A stretch of DNA of 64,000 bases from an uncultured Alphaproteobacteria bacterium (GTDB lineage Bacteria > Pseudomonadota > Alphaproteobacteria > SHVP01), in the NCBI GenBank assembly GCA_964350495.1, contig CAYGKG010000003.1, positions 4,825-68,824 of the forward strand. Reading direction: 5' to 3'. Made by a program: the position numbers and the translations under genes. Below the pieces are notes generated by a model, which had not been told where the DNA came from, searched no databases, and saw nothing but the letters and a program-made list of their open reading frames with translations. Numbering within the stretch: the stretch's first letter is position 1; each line of letters begins with the position of its first letter. Below, in pieces: positions 38,015 to 49,839 of this stretch.

Positions 38015-38656
38015 ATGTCTGTCGCCGCCAAGGTTTGCGGACTTTCCACCGATGAGGCCGTCGATGCCGCGGTCGTCGGCGGCGCGGCCTTTGTCGGCTT
38101 CGTCTTCTTCCCGTCAAGCCCACGCTACGTGAGTCCCGCGGCGGCCGGAGACCTTTCGCGGGCGGTACCGCGATCGGTCGGGACGGTCGCCGTCGTCGTC
38201 GACCCATCCGACGCGGACCTCGACACCATCGTCGCGTCGCTGGATGCGGACGTCCTACAGCTCCACGGACACGAAACACCGGACCGGGTCGCCGACATTC
38301 GAAAACGGTTCGGCCGCAAGGTCATCAAGGCGCTCGCGGTCGCCAGCGCCGACGATGTCGTTGCAGCGAAACGCTACGAAACCGTCGCCGATATGTTGCT
38401 GTTCGATGCCAAGCCGCGCAACGACGACCCGCTGCCGGGCGGCAACGCGCGCGCCTTCGACTGGTCGCTCCTCGCCGGTGTCGAGATCGCGGTGCCCTGG
38501 TTTCTCTCCGGCGGTCTCGATGCCGCCAACCTTGCCAGCGCGGTCAGGACGACGGGCGCCCGGCTTGTCGATGTCTCCTCGGGCGTCGAATCGGCGCGCG
38601 GCACCAAGGATTCGCCTATGATTGCGGCTTTCTTAGCCACGGCGCGCGGACTCTGA
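38015..38656 (+). CDS. trpF: Phosphoribosylanthranilate isomerase
   Basis: 213 aa starting [15 protein letters not shown], with LSGGL and VDVSSGVE motifs. Upstream of trpB-trpA. Confidence 0.9.
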   Translation: MSVAAKVCGLSTDEAVDAAVVGGAAFVGFVFFPSSPRYVSPAAAGDLSRAVPRSVGTVAVVVDPSDADLDTIVASLDADVLQLHGHETPDRVADIRKRFGRKVIKALAVASADDVVAAKRYETVADMLLFDAKPRNDDPLPGGNARAFDWSLLAGVEIAVPWFLSGGLDAANLASAVRTTGARLVDVSSGVESARGTKDSPMIAAFLATARGL

Positions 38657-38658
38657 CA

Positions 38659-39873
38659 ATGACCACCGCAAACTCCTATCGCACCGGCCCCGACGAGAAC
38701 GGGAACTACGGTATTTTCGGTGGCCGCTACGTGGCCGAAACACTGATGCCGTTGATCCTCTCGGTCGAAGAGGCATGGACGACCGCGGCGAGCGATCCCG
38801 CATTTCGCGAGGAGCTGGATGAATACCTGCGCGATTATGTCGGTAGGCCGAGCCCGCTCTATTTCGCCAAACGCCTGACCGAACATCTTGGCGGCGCGAA
38901 GATCTACTTCAAGCGCGACGAGCTCAACCACACCGGCTCCCACAAGATCAACAATTGCATGGGGCAAATCCTGCTCGCGCGGCGCATGGGCAAGACGCGC
39001 ATTATTGCCGAAACGGGCGCCGGGCAGCACGGGGTCGCCACCGCTACCGTGGCCGCTTTGTTCGGAATGCCCTGCATCGTCTACATGGGCGAGACCGATA
39101 TCGCGCGCCAGCAACCGAACGTCTTTCGCATGAAGCTTTTGGGTGCCGAGGTCCGCTCGGTGACCTCGGGATCGCGGACGCTAAAAGATGCCATGAACGA
39201 GGCGCTGCGCGATTGGGTCGGCAACGTCCACGACACCTATTACATTATCGGTACAGTTGCCGGGCCCCATCCCTACCCGGAAATGGTGCGCGAGTTTCAA
39301 TCGGTGATCGGGCGCGAGGCGCGTCTCCAAATCCAAGAACGCGAGGGGCGACTCCCCGATACCCTCGTGGCCTGTGTCGGCGGCGGAAGCAACGCGATCG
39401 GGTTGTTCCACCCCTTTCTCGACGACCACGACGTCAAGATCGTCGGCGTCGAAGCCGCCGGCAAAGGCATCGACACCGAGGAACATGCGGCATCGCTCAC
39501 CCGCGGACGCCCCGGCGTCCTGCACGGCAATCGCACCTATCTGCTACAGAACGCGGATGGGCAAATCGCCGAAGCCCACTCGATATCGGCGGGCCTCGAC
39601 TATCCCGGCATAGGCCCCGAACACGCCTGGCTCAAGGACCAAGGTCGGGTGACCTATGTTTCCGCGACCGACGCCGAAGCGCTCGAGGCTTTCCAGCTAT
39701 GTTGCAAACTCGAGGGCATCATACCGGCTCTGGAGCCGAGCCACGCGCTGGCCCACGTGATGCGCGTCGCGCCAAAGCTTCCGGCAGATCATATCCTTTT
39801 GATGAACATGTGCGGGCGCGGCGACAAAGACGTCTTTACGGTCGCCTCGGCGATCGGGGTGGATCTCAATTGA
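38659..39873 (+). CDS. trpB: Tryptophan synthase beta chain
   Basis: 404 aa with the PLP-lysine motif HTGSHKINN and GGGSNAIG. Confidence 0.95.
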   Translation: MTTANSYRTGPDENGNYGIFGGRYVAETLMPLILSVEEAWTTAASDPAFREELDEYLRDYVGRPSPLYFAKRLTEHLGGAKIYFKRDELNHTGSHKINNCMGQILLARRMGKTRIIAETGAGQHGVATATVAALFGMPCIVYMGETDIARQQPNVFRMKLLGAEVRSVTSGSRTLKDAMNEALRDWVGNVHDTYYIIGTVAGPHPYPEMVREFQSVIGREARLQIQEREGRLPDTLVACVGGGSNAIGLFHPFLDDHDVKIVGVEAAGKGIDTEEHAASLTRGRPGVLHGNRTYLLQNADGQIAEAHSISAGLDYPGIGPEHAWLKDQGRVTYVSATDAEALEAFQLCCKLEGIIPALEPSHALAHVMRVAPKLPADHILLMNMCGRGDKDVFTVASAIGVDLN

Positions 39874-40700
39874 GCGCTCGCCTCGATCGGTGTTTTGCCC
39901 GATTGCGCGCGGCCAACCGTGCCGCGTTCGTGCCGTTCATCACCGCAGGCGACCCCGACCGCGAGACGTGCGCGGCATTGTTGCGTCAGCTTCCCGAAGC
40001 CGGCGCCGACATCATCGAAGTGGGAATGCCGTTCTCCGACCCGATGGCGGATGGCCCGGCGGTTCAGGCTGCTAGTTTGCGGGCGCTGCGCGCCGGGACG
40101 ACTCTGTCCGACGTCCTCAAGCTGGTTGCAAATCACCGCGGCAGCGACGCCGATACCCCGATCATCTTGATGGGATACTACAACCCGATTTATGCCTACG
40201 GCGTGGCCAGATTTCTCGCGGATGCAACGGCAGCGGGCGTCGACGGACTTATCGTGGTCGATCTCCCACCCGAGCATGACGACGAACTGTGCCTGCCGGC
40301 CATCGCAAGCGGGATCAACTTCATTCGGCTCGCGTCGCCTACGACCGACGACGCGCGTTTGCCGCGGGTACTCGAGAACGCGTCGGGCTTCGTCTATTAC
40401 GTGTCAATTACCGGCATCACCGGTACAAAAAGCGCCGATAGCGGGCAAGTGGCCGAGGCGATTGCCCGTCTCCGACGCCACACCGATCTGCCGATTGCGG
40501 TCGGTTTCGGCATTCGAAACGCCGAGCAAGCCGCGGCCATCGCCCGCAGTGCCGATGCGGCGGTCATCGGATCGGCCATCGTCACCACGATTCAGGAAAG
40601 CTTGGACGGCGAAGGGCGCGCGACACCTGCAACAATCGATCGAACACTAGCCCTTGTCCGGGAAATTGCCGTGGGCGTCCACGGCGCGCGCGGTTCGTGA
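39870..40700 (+). CDS. trpA: Tryptophan synthase alpha chain (TTG start overlapping the trpB stop)
   Basis: A TTG at 39870 (TTGA overlap) gives (M)[28 protein letters not shown]...[16 protein letters not shown], 276 aa. The track ORF 38955-40700 is the same frame extended upstream through trpB. Confidence 0.9.
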   Translation: MSARLDRCFARLRAANRAAFVPFITAGDPDRETCAALLRQLPEAGADIIEVGMPFSDPMADGPAVQAASLRALRAGTTLSDVLKLVANHRGSDADTPIILMGYYNPIYAYGVARFLADATAAGVDGLIVVDLPPEHDDELCLPAIASGINFIRLASPTTDDARLPRVLENASGFVYYVSITGITGTKSADSGQVAEAIARLRRHTDLPIAVGFGIRNAEQAAAIARSADAAVIGSAIVTTIQESLDGEGRATPATIDRTLALVREIAVGVHGARGS

Positions 40701-40733
40701 CCGGTCGGCTTTGGAATGGTAGATTGAGCGTCC

Positions 40734-41648
40734 ATGAACTGGCTCACCAACTTCGTCCGTCCCAAAATGCGCGCTTTCTCTCGCAAGCGCGATGTCCCCG
40801 AGAACCTCTGGTCCAAGTGCCCGAGCTGCGGACAAATGCTGTTCCACCGCGACCTGTTGGAAAATCAGCACGTTTGTCCCTCATGCAATCATCACCTGCG
40901 TATCGGACCCACCGAACGCTTTGAAGCTCTGTTCGACGATGCCCGATTCACCCGGATCGAGCTGCCCGATGTACTGGTCGATCCGCTCAAATTTCGCGAC
41001 CAGAAGCGCTACACCGACCGCCTAAAGGAAAGCCGCGCGAAGACAGGCGAGGACGAAGCTGTGGTCGTCGCCCATGGCACGGTGGGCGGACAGAAGGCTG
41101 TGATCGCGGTGCAGAATTTTGCGTTCATGGGCGGGTCGATGGGGCTGGCGGCCGGTGAAGCGTTGATCGCCGCAGCCCGATTGGCCGTTCTGCAAGAAGC
41201 GGCGCTCATCGTCTTTTCCGCCGCGGGCGGGGCACGCATGCAAGAGGGCATCCTCTCTCTGATGCAAATGCCACGCACGACGATCGCCGTCGAACTGGTC
41301 CGCGAAGCGCGCCTACCTTACATCGTCGTGCTGACCGACCCGACAACCGGCGGGGTCACCGCATCCTATGCCATGTTGGGTGACGTTTCGATCGCCGAGC
41401 CGGGTGCGTTAATCGGTTTTGCAGGCCCGCGCGTGATCGAAGAAACCATTCGCGAGCAACTTCCCGAAGGATTCCAACGCGCGGAATTCCTGCTCGAGCA
41501 CGGGATGATCGACATGGTCGTTCACCGCCACGAGTTGCGGAAAAAACTATCCCAGATTCTCGATTTGCTGATGAACCCGAACCGACCCGCGCCCGGCGAT
41601 ACCGTCGCGACGCGCAAGGAACCAATCGTAGACACCACCGCGTCCTAG
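40734..41648 (+). CDS. accD: Acetyl-CoA carboxylase carboxyltransferase beta subunit
   Basis: 304 aa with the N-terminal Zn ribbon [26 protein letters not shown] and a carboxyltransferase domain. Confidence 0.95.
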   Translation: MNWLTNFVRPKMRAFSRKRDVPENLWSKCPSCGQMLFHRDLLENQHVCPSCNHHLRIGPTERFEALFDDARFTRIELPDVLVDPLKFRDQKRYTDRLKESRAKTGEDEAVVVAHGTVGGQKAVIAVQNFAFMGGSMGLAAGEALIAAARLAVLQEAALIVFSAAGGARMQEGILSLMQMPRTTIAVELVREARLPYIVVLTDPTTGGVTASYAMLGDVSIAEPGALIGFAGPRVIEETIREQLPEGFQRAEFLLEHGMIDMVVHRHELRKKLSQILDLLMNPNRPAPGDTVATRKEPIVDTTAS

Positions 41649-41658
41649 ACCGCCCGAC

Positions 41659-42951
41659 GTGAGAATCGACGAATTCCTGCTGCGTTTTACGCAGCTGCAC
41701 CCTAAATCCATCGACCTTTCCCTAGGGCGGATCAGCCGGTTGCTCGACCGCCTCGGCGATCCGCAACGCGAATTGCCGCCGGTTGTGCATGTTGCCGGCA
41801 CCAACGGAAAGGGATCCGTCGTTGCCGACTTGCGCGCGATTCTGGAGCACGCCGGCCGCCGGGTTCACTGTTATACATCGCCGCACCTCCTGCGTTTCAA
41901 CGAGCGCATCAGATTGGCGACCGGCCTAATCGAAGACCGCGAGCTTGAAGCGTTGTTCGACGAATGCGACCGGGCGAACGGGTCCGAGCCGATTACCTTC
42001 TTCGAAATCACAACCGTCGCCGCGTTCTTGGCCTTTTCACGCCACCCAGCGGATTATGTTTTGCTGGAGGTCGGCCTCGGCGGGCGGTTGGACACGACCA
42101 ACGTGTGCGAGACGACAGCGCTTTCGGTGATCACGCCAATTTCGTACGACCACCAACGCTTCCTCGGCGACACCCTCGATGCCATCGCCCGCGAGAAAGC
42201 CGGGATTATGCGCCAAGACGTTCCAACAATTGTCGCACCCCAGCCCGACGAGGCGATGACCGCGATCGCGGTAGTCGCAGAGACCGTCCGCTCGCCGCTC
42301 TATGTGCACGGACGCGACTGGTCGTACGATAGCGGCCCGCCGCTTCGGGTGCGCCTTGGCGACTGCGCCTACGCGATAGGACCGCTCGCGCTTACCGGGG
42401 CGCACCAACAGGCCAATGCGAGCCTTGCTGCTGCTGCCGCCCTATTGCTGCGCGACCCCGCGATCAACCCGACGGCTCTATCCAGCGGTCTCGCGGCGGC
42501 GACGTGGCCTGCGCGGCTCCAACGTTTGGAAACCGGCGCATTGCGAGACCTGCTGCCGACCGACGCCGAATTGTGGCTCGATGGCGGTCACAACGAGGGC
42601 GCAGCGACAGTCCTGGCCGATTGGATCGCGGCGAGTGCGACCGACGGCCGCGCGACCCATGCCATCATCGGCATGATGCAAACAAAGGACGCCGCGCGAT
42701 TTTTTTCCAATCTGCGGGGTAAACCGGCGCAGGTCCTGTGCGTTCCGATCCCCGGCGAAGAAAACGCCTTCGCCCCCGACGACATCGTGGTCCTTGCTGC
42801 AGCGGCCGGGCTGAACGCTCGGTCCTGCGACAGCGTTGCGGCAGCGCTGTCTCTTGTTGCGCGCGCCGACGCGCGCCCGCGGGCACTGATATGCGGCTCG
42901 CTCTATCTCGCCGGCACGGTCCTGCGGGCGAACGGCAATACCATCGCGTGA
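41659..42951 (+). CDS. folC: Bifunctional folylpolyglutamate synthase / dihydrofolate synthase
   Basis: 430 aa from a GTG start, with the Mur-ligase P-loop VAGTNGKGS. The trpFBA-accD-folC synteny is conserved. Confidence 0.9.
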   Translation: MRIDEFLLRFTQLHPKSIDLSLGRISRLLDRLGDPQRELPPVVHVAGTNGKGSVVADLRAILEHAGRRVHCYTSPHLLRFNERIRLATGLIEDRELEALFDECDRANGSEPITFFEITTVAAFLAFSRHPADYVLLEVGLGGRLDTTNVCETTALSVITPISYDHQRFLGDTLDAIAREKAGIMRQDVPTIVAPQPDEAMTAIAVVAETVRSPLYVHGRDWSYDSGPPLRVRLGDCAYAIGPLALTGAHQQANASLAAAAALLLRDPAINPTALSSGLAAATWPARLQRLETGALRDLLPTDAELWLDGGHNEGAATVLADWIAASATDGRATHAIIGMMQTKDAARFFSNLRGKPAQVLCVPIPGEENAFAPDDIVVLAAAAGLNARSCDSVAAALSLVARADARPRALICGSLYLAGTVLRANGNTIA

Positions 42952-42952
42952 C

Positions 42953-42983
42953 AAAAAAAGGGCGGCGCAATCGCCGCCCTTTC
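42953..42983. terminator. Bidirectional rho-independent terminator between convergent folC and trxA
   Basis: AAAAAAA-GGGCGGCG-CAAT-CGCCGCCC-TTT. An 8-bp GC stem with a 4-nt loop, flanked by an A-run on one side and a T-run on the other. Confidence 0.7.
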
Positions 42984-43000
42984 ATCGGTCTTCGACCGAT

Positions 43001-43321
43001 CTAGATTTCGGACTGAATCCATTCCATCAACTTGTTCTTGGGCAGGGCGCCGACTTTGGTCGACGCAACCTTGCCGTCCTTGAATAGCATCAGGGTCGGA
43101 ATGCCGCGAATGCCGTACTTCCCCGGCACCTGCGGATTCTCGTCAATGTTAAGTTTGGCAACGGTCACTTTTCCGGCCATTTCGTTGGAAATCTCTTCCA
43201 ACGCCGGACCGATTTGTTTGCACGGCCCGCACCATTCGGCCCAGTAATCGACGACCACCGGTCCGCTCGCACCGAGTACGTCGGCATCAAATGATGAATC
43301 GGTGACTTTGGTCGTTGGCAT
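43001..43321 (-). CDS. trxA: Thioredoxin
   Basis: 106 aa with the active site WAEWCGPCK. Confidence 0.95.
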   Translation of the reverse strand: MPTTKVTDSSFDADVLGASGPVVVDYWAEWCGPCKQIGPALEEISNEMAGKVTVAKLNIDENPQVPGKYGIRGIPTLMLFKDGKVASTKVGALPKNKLMEWIQSEI

Positions 43322-43396
43322 GCTGAAATCCTTGGATGGAGTGCGGAAATTGCCACAGGGGCTTGGGTTAAACTGTAGGTACGCCCCTGGGAACGG

Positions 43397-46300
43397 TCAA
43401 GGCACCACCGCCTGGAGAAGCGTTTCTGGAATGATCATGAGATGCGCCGAATCGGTCCACAACAGCGCGCTGCGAATGGTGTGGTTCGGATAAATGCGGG
43501 ACAACACCGCGCGGTAGAGCGCCATCTGTCGGATATAGCCTGCCGGAATTCCCTCAACCGCCGTCGGCGGCGCCCGGTTGGTCTTGAAGTCGACAATCAA
43601 GACCTCGTTATCGGAAATCGCCAGCCGATCGACCTGCCCCGAAACAACGGCGTCGCCGATCGTCCCGGCCACCGGTACTTCGGCAAAGGATCCGGGCGCA
43701 AAGACCTCAGCGAAATCCGGGTGACCGAGAATGGCCAACGTCTCGGCGACAATCGCCTGTTGCTGTAGCGGATCGAACAGCATGCCGGACTGCGCCACGA
43801 AACGCGCGGCAACGCTCGCGCGTTCCTCCGCGGCGATCTCCGGCAGGAACTGGAGAAGCCGGTGCACGATATTGCCCCGGCGAAACCGCATCGGGTCGCC
43901 GCCGATGGGCGACCGCACCGTCTGCTCGTCGCCGCTCGGGCGCGATGGCGACAACGGCCGCGGCGGAAACGGTTCGCGCAGGGGCGCCTGATCCACCCAT
44001 GCCGGCAACGGTTGCCGCTCGAACGGAAGGTCCTGTTGCGCCGGCGTCGCGTCAACCGGCGCAACTTGCTGGCCAACGCAGCGGCGAACCGTCAATGGCC
44101 CAGCCTCCTCGCCGAAATCGACCGTTACCTCGGTGCCCAATTCATCGGCAGCCTCGGCCATCAAGTCGTACCAGCACCCCTTGGCCCGTCGATTTCGGGT
44201 TTCCCAGCCGCACACATAGAGACGGTCCTCGGCTCGGGTCATGGCAACATAAAGCAGGCGCCGATACTCGCGGTCGCGATCTTCGCGTGTGCGTTCACGC
44301 GCGTCGCGCGACAGCGCATCGTCCGACTCCTTGCGCGCCGGCCATAGCAACAGCGCGGCATCGGTATCGTCGGTCCAGAAGAACGGACTTTCCTCCTGCG
44401 GCGGGGTGCAGGTATCGGGCAGGATGACGACCGGCGCCTGCAAACCCTTTGCCCCGTGCACGGTCATGACGCGCACCTGGTTCCGCGCCTGCTCGAGGTC
44501 GCGCTTGACCTCCGCCTCGTCGACTTCGATCCAACGCAAGAAACCCTCTAGCGAGGGCGCGTGATCGCGCTCGAACGCCAGCGCCCGGGACATGAACTCG
44601 TCCATCGGATCTTCGGCTTCGCGGCCAAGTCTGCCCAGGAGTTTCGCGCGACCGCCGCCGCCCAGAATCGCCGCGTAAAAGTCGTAGGGCGTGACATGAT
44701 CGGCAAGATTCATGACCTTGACGAGAAAGTCGTAAGCGGCCGCGAACGTCGCGTTTTCGCCCTGTCGGTTTTGCAGCACCGCCCACAGCCGCGTCTCGCC
44801 GCGCGCGGCTGCCAGATCGAACAGTTGGGCATCGTCGAAGCCACAAAGCGGCCCCTTCAGCACGGCAGCCAAGGTCAAGTCGTCCTCCGGCAGAAGGACG
44901 AATCGGCCCAGCGCGATCAAATCCTCAACGACGAGCTGCTTGGTCAAGACCATCCGGTCGGCGCCCGCCACCGGCACACCTTCCTTCTTCAGCGCCAGCA
45001 CCATTTCCTCAAAAAAGAGACCGCGGCGACGGACCAGGATCATGATGTCTTCGGGTCGGATCGGCCGGTTGCGCGCGACCAGGGTCTCCCTTTGTTCGAT
45101 CCACTTCCTAATCGTTCGGGCGATCCGGATGGCCAATCGCGCCTCGGCGCTGGTCGCCAGGACCTGCCCAACCGGCGCATCCCAGGGGATTTTTTCCGGC
45201 TCGGTTGCCGTCACAGTCGGCCACAACTCGACAAGGCCGCCGAACCCCTGCCGAAATGCCGTATGGCGCTGCCAGCTATCCTCGAACGTGACGCCCGCGC
45301 GCGCTGCAGGATCCCGGAATACGCGATCGACGAAATCCAGCACCACCGGAACCGAGCGGTAGGAGGTCAGCAGCGGCACTTCCTGCCAGCCCGCGCGGGC
45401 ACCGGCCGCGCGGGCGCGGAACAGGTGTCGCATTTCCTCGAAGGCCTTAGGGTCGGCACCTTGGAAACTGTAGATCGATTGCTTCTCATCGCCGACGACG
45501 AAGACCGTTCGCACCGCCGCGCGCGCGCCCTCGCCGGCAAAAAACTCTTCGGCCAGCGCAAAGACCACCTCCCACTGTTCGGGACTGGTGTCCTGGGCTT
45601 CGTCGACCAGAATGTGATCGATCCCGCCGTCGAGCTTGAACAGGATCCACGGCGTAATCGCACTCTGGGTCAAGAGCGACCGGGCCCGCAGGATCAGGTC
45701 GTCGTAGTCGAGGGCGTTACGCGCGCGCTTGGCTTCCTGATATCGAGTGAGAATGGCGTCGCCCAGCTCAAGAAGCGCCGCCGTACCGAACGCGACGTTG
45801 ACGGCGCGGCGCCGTTCGGAAACCGCCAAAATGCGCTCAGCTTCGCGGGCAAGAATATCCTCGGCATCCGGCATCCGTTCGCGCGAGGCTTTGGTCAGCA
45901 GCGTCTTGCGAACGCTACCTTCGTTGGTGAGATACGCAGCGACATAGCCATCGAATGCATCCGCGCGCACCGCAGCATCGTGGCTCAACCAGGACGCCAG
46001 AATGTCGCCACGGGCAACGTCGGTTTTCGATCCGCGCTGCAGAATGCCCGCGACCGCGCGCAGACCGGGCTCGTTGAAACCACCGACGCACGCCGCCGCG
46101 ACGACCGTCTCTTCAGTCTCGTCCCGGGCAACGTCGAGCGCCTTGAACGTCGCGTCGATCAGCTTCTCAATTCCACCCCGCCGCGCAATCAACCGGTCGA
46201 TGCGACCGCGTTCGCCGACCAACCGGTTGACGATATCTAGGAACCGCAGTTCGCCGATCCGACCGCTGATAGTCGTCAGCGAGCGACTCAACCCCTCGTC

Positions 46301-46822
46301 GTCGGCCGCATCGAGCAAAACGCCATCCCGCGCACTCGCCAACAGATCCAGCGCGCGACGGTCGTCGTACACTTCGAAGTTCGGCGGTTGCCCGGCCTCC
46401 AGCGGAAAGCGGGCGAGTAGCGATTCGCAAAACCCATGAATCGTCTGGATCCGTAGGCCGCCCGGGGTCTCCAGGACATGTGCAAACAATCGACGGGCGA
46501 ACACCAGCATCGCCGGATCGACATCGCCGCCGGTGGTCTGGCGCAACGTCTCGGTCAACACGGTATCGCTCTGGACAACCCAGCCGCTCAATTCCCGAAA
46601 TAGACGGTCCGACATCTCCGCCGCGGCCGCCTTGGTAAAGGTCAGGCACAACAACCGGTGGGGTTCGACGCCGCTGAGGAGCAGGCGAAGCAGCCGGTCG
46701 ACCAGCACGCTGGTCTTGCCCGAACCGGCCGACGCCGCCACCCAAACGTTCTGACCAGGGTCGCCGCCGACATATTGCTCGACGCTCTTGACGCGCGCGC
46801 CGCTGACCGCAGGGGTTTTCAT
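43397..46822 (-). CDS. addA: Double-strand break repair helicase-nuclease AddA
   Basis: About 1141 aa with UvrD-type helicase motifs (AGSGKTSVL, VDEAQDTS) and a C-terminal PD-(D/E)xK nuclease (VDFKT). Start set at ATG 46822, which forms an ATGA overlap with the addB stop. Confidence 0.9.
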   Translation of the reverse strand: MKTPAVSGARVKSVEQYVGGDPGQNVWVAASAGSGKTSVLVDRLLRLLLSGVEPHRLLCLTFTKAAAAEMSDRLFRELSGWVVQSDTVLTETLRQTTGGDVDPAMLVFARRLFAHVLETPGGLRIQTIHGFCESLLARFPLEAGQPPNFEVYDDRRALDLLASARDGVLLDAADDEGLSRSLTTISGRIGELRFLDIVNRLVGERGRIDRLIARRGGIEKLIDATFKALDVARDETEETVVAAACVGGFNEPGLRAVAGILQRGSKTDVARGDILASWLSHDAAVRADAFDGYVAAYLTNEGSVRKTLLTKASRERMPDAEDILAREAERILAVSERRRAVNVAFGTAALLELGDAILTRYQEAKRARNALDYDDLILRARSLLTQSAITPWILFKLDGGIDHILVDEAQDTSPEQWEVVFALAEEFFAGEGARAAVRTVFVVGDEKQSIYSFQGADPKAFEEMRHLFRARAAGARAGWQEVPLLTSYRSVPVVLDFVDRVFRDPAARAGVTFEDSWQRHTAFRQGFGGLVELWPTVTATEPEKIPWDAPVGQVLATSAEARLAIRIARTIRKWIEQRETLVARNRPIRPEDIMILVRRRGLFFEEMVLALKKEGVPVAGADRMVLTKQLVVEDLIALGRFVLLPEDDLTLAAVLKGPLCGFDDAQLFDLAAARGETRLWAVLQNRQGENATFAAAYDFLVKVMNLADHVTPYDFYAAILGGGGRAKLLGRLGREAEDPMDEFMSRALAFERDHAPSLEGFLRWIEVDEAEVKRDLEQARNQVRVMTVHGAKGLQAPVVILPDTCTPPQEESPFFWTDDTDAALLLWPARKESDDALSRDARERTREDRDREYRRLLYVAMTRAEDRLYVCGWETRNRRAKGCWYDLMAEAADELGTEVTVDFGEEAGPLTVRRCVGQQVAPVDATPAQQDLPFERQPLPAWVDQAPLREPFPPRPLSPSRPSGDEQTVRSPIGGDPMRFRRGNIVHRLLQFLPEIAAEERASVAARFVAQSGMLFDPLQQQAIVAETLAILGHPDFAEVFAPGSFAEVPVAGTIGDAVVSGQVDRLAISDNEVLIVDFKTNRAPPTAVEGIPAGYIRQMALYRAVLSRIYPNHTIRSALLWTDSAHLMIIPETLLQAVVP

Positions 46823-49800
46823 CCCTCCGCCTCGCCTTCCGCGGCCCACTCTTTGAACCGTGCGAGGTGCTCGTAGTCGTCAAAGCGCGGCTCGGCAAAC
46901 GGCCGCGGGCGGCACAGGTAGGGCGTTTCCGGGTTATCGAAGGCGGCGACGATCGATGCGATACCGTCGCGCGCCGCCGCGACCAAGGCGGCGATGCCGC
47001 CCTCTTCCTCGTCGACCCGGACCGGTTGCAGTTTCCCCGCAGCGGCACCCCCCAACTTCCAATAGGCCAGTTCGGAAACCGGCGCCGGCGGGACGCCTTC
47101 GAAGCCACCTTCCTCGGCAATCACCGCCTCAACCGGCAACTGCGGACTAAGCCCCAGCTTGACGTCCTCTTGGCGTGGCACCGCGCCGGTTTTGTAGTCG
47201 ATCACCGACAGCGATCCGTCCGGGAGGCGATCGACCCGGTCGGCCTTCGCGGTGAGCGTAAACGGTCCGTTTGGCGCCGCGAATGTCCACCGCCCCCGCG
47301 CTTCGCTCAGGACCGTCTTCGTCGTCTGCCGCCGTTCGCGTTCGAACCCCACGAACCAGTCGGCGATTTGTTCGAACCAGGGCCACCAGAACGCCGCCAC
47401 GATCGGTTCATCAAGGGTGTCGCCAAAGGCCTTCTTGCCGAAATCATGCAGCGCTTCGAGCGCATTGTCCGGCATTTTCTCCGGATAGGCCGTGACGAAA
47501 TCGTCGAGCGCTTGGTGGATGAACGACCCCCGATCCGCCGCGCCCGGCGCCGCATCGATCGGATCGAGCGCCCTCAGGCCCAGCACTTTTTTCGCATAAA
47601 CGCCGTAGGGATTGCGGACCAACAGTTCGATATCCGTCGCCGACAGCTCGCGCGGCCGCGCGGACAGCGGCGGCGCAAACGACGGTGGCGCCACCGGATG
47701 GGCGACGCCATCCCAATCCAATCGCTGCATCCAGCCGAGGTATCGCGCGGCGCGGGCGGCCTCGACTTCCTCGGGCGCGCCGACCAGCGTCTTAAGGCGC
47801 AACAACCAGCGCGAGGCAACGGTGGGTGTCCCTTCGACCTTCAGCGCGCGGGTCAAGACCACCTCGGGCGCACAGGCGCTTTGCACAAAGTCGTGCGCGG
47901 ACAGGCCGATCCGGCGTTCCGGGAGCGGCAGGCCAAAACGCTGCCGCATCGGACGGCTGAGCCACGGATCGGAATCGGTTTCGGGCGGCCACTTCCCCTC
48001 GTTGAGGCCGCCGAGGATTAACAGATCGGCTTGCTGCAGCCGGGCTTCCAGCGGGCCCCAAATAGACAAGCGCGGGTGACCGCCGAACCGTGGCCGAACG
48101 ACCCGGTCGGCCATCAAGGTTTCGACCAACGCCGGATAATCCCCGCCCCAAATCTTCGGAAGCCCAGCGGCGCCTTCGGTGATTTCGCGGAACAAATCGG
48201 AGAGCGCTTCGCCCGCATCGCCCCGCCAAAGTCGATCGCGGCCCTCCTCGGTATCGCTCGCGGCGAGGTTCTCGGCGAATTCGAGATGGGCCCTGACCAG
48301 ATCGCCCAGCGGAACGTTCGGACGGCGCAGGATCGCGCCGAGCGGCTTTGCCGTTCGCTCCAGGCGCCGCAGCCATTGTCGGAGCGCGTCAGGCGCCCCA
48401 ACGCGCACTAGGGCGACGTGGATATCTTTGAACCCGCTGCCGGGCCGCGGGCCATGCAAGACGGCAAGTTCCAGTTGCCGGACCATCGCGCGAAAGCGGC
48501 CCGGCGCCAGCCCAGCCGCCGCAAGCGGATGTTTGAGTGCCGCGAGCAGCGGTACCGGGGCAAGATCCTCCGCGATCATGCGCACGATGAGGCGCACGAA
48601 CGCGCCTGGCGCTGTTTGACCGAGCGGGGCACCGCCTGAGTCGTCGATGTCGAGCCGCCACCGCTGGAGTTCCGCCGCGACGCGCCGTGCCAGCGCCCGG
48701 TCGGCAGTGACCAGCGCGGCGGTTTTGCCGGGCACCTCAAGGGTCTCGCGCAGCAGGAGCGCGACGACGCCCGCCTCCTCGCGCGGCCCCGGGCACTCGA
48801 TGCGTGTGACCCCCGCCATTGCGCCGTCGGGCAGATCGCGGGTGCGGTGCCATTGGTCCGTCGACCCCGCCGGGCGCATGACTTCGGAAAACAGGTGGAA
48901 CCGCGCCTGGCGCTCGATCCCTCGGTCCCAGTGGGCGACATCGCCGCGGTCGACCCCGATGCGTTCGAGCAGTTGTTTCATGCCAAATTGGGGATGCGTC
49001 TGTTCGATCAGGTGCCACGCAGGATCGTCCAGTCGTTGATCCAAACCGGGCAGGACAAGCGTCCCGTTCGGCATTGCGGCGATCGCACCCAACAGGTTCG
49101 CCGTGGCGGGCACGCTCCCCGTCGACCCTGCGGCGATGACCGGATCGCGCGGCGGTGCGCGGCGCCAATGATCGGCCAAAGCGGCGAGTAAGCGATTGCG
49201 GTGAGTCGCCGGATCGACAAACCCTTGGGTCGCGAGAAGGTCGGGCCACTCATGGGTGACGATTTGCAGAAATTCGAGGGTCTTTTGCCAATGGTGGGCT
49301 AACCCGTCAGGGACCAGGCCTTTGAGACCGTCGAAAGATAGGTCTTCGGTCTGTACCTGGTCGATCAGCCGGGCCAACTCGCGCGCGAGACTGGCCGCGT
49401 GGCCGGGCTCGCGCGGCGCGGCATCGTAACGGTGGCTCCACCGAATGATGATCGACGTCAAAAGCAATTGCCGTAGCACCGCCGGGATCGCCGGCGGGAT
49501 TTGCGCGACCCCGCCGCCCTCTTTGCCCAGGGCGTCGGCGATCAACGAATCGAGCGCAAGTTCCTCGACGTCGATGTCGCCAATGGGCCGAATGTGCGGC
49601 AATAGCATCGGGCGGCCACCGCTTTGCCGTAGAAAGGCTTCTTGCAACGCCCGCACCGAGCGGCGCGTCGGCAACAGGACGCGGACCCGGCTCAGGCCGG
49701 GTGCGGCGCCGTAGCGGACGATCAGCCCAGCCGCGAGGGAATCGACGAACGACGTCCCGGCTGGAATGGTGAAGACATTGGCGACAGAACGCCGACGTGT

Positions 49801-49839
49801 GCCGTCCGGCGCGCCAAAAAGATCGCCCTGCGTGCCCAT
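46819..49839 (-). CDS. addB: Double-strand break repair protein AddB (alphaproteobacterial type)
   Basis: 1006 aa with a degenerate helicase-like N-terminal region and a C-terminal nuclease motif (VIDYKTG). It is immediately upstream of addA. Confidence 0.85.
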   Translation of the reverse strand: MGTQGDLFGAPDGTRRRSVANVFTIPAGTSFVDSLAAGLIVRYGAAPGLSRVRVLLPTRRSVRALQEAFLRQSGGRPMLLPHIRPIGDIDVEELALDSLIADALGKEGGGVAQIPPAIPAVLRQLLLTSIIIRWSHRYDAAPREPGHAASLARELARLIDQVQTEDLSFDGLKGLVPDGLAHHWQKTLEFLQIVTHEWPDLLATQGFVDPATHRNRLLAALADHWRRAPPRDPVIAAGSTGSVPATANLLGAIAAMPNGTLVLPGLDQRLDDPAWHLIEQTHPQFGMKQLLERIGVDRGDVAHWDRGIERQARFHLFSEVMRPAGSTDQWHRTRDLPDGAMAGVTRIECPGPREEAGVVALLLRETLEVPGKTAALVTADRALARRVAAELQRWRLDIDDSGGAPLGQTAPGAFVRLIVRMIAEDLAPVPLLAALKHPLAAAGLAPGRFRAMVRQLELAVLHGPRPGSGFKDIHVALVRVGAPDALRQWLRRLERTAKPLGAILRRPNVPLGDLVRAHLEFAENLAASDTEEGRDRLWRGDAGEALSDLFREITEGAAGLPKIWGGDYPALVETLMADRVVRPRFGGHPRLSIWGPLEARLQQADLLILGGLNEGKWPPETDSDPWLSRPMRQRFGLPLPERRIGLSAHDFVQSACAPEVVLTRALKVEGTPTVASRWLLRLKTLVGAPEEVEAARAARYLGWMQRLDWDGVAHPVAPPSFAPPLSARPRELSATDIELLVRNPYGVYAKKVLGLRALDPIDAAPGAADRGSFIHQALDDFVTAYPEKMPDNALEALHDFGKKAFGDTLDEPIVAAFWWPWFEQIADWFVGFERERRQTTKTVLSEARGRWTFAAPNGPFTLTAKADRVDRLPDGSLSVIDYKTGAVPRQEDVKLGLSPQLPVEAVIAEEGGFEGVPPAPVSELAYWKLGGAAAGKLQPVRVDEEEGGIAALVAAARDGIASIVAAFDNPETPYLCRPRPFAEPRFDDYEHLARFKEWAAEGEAEG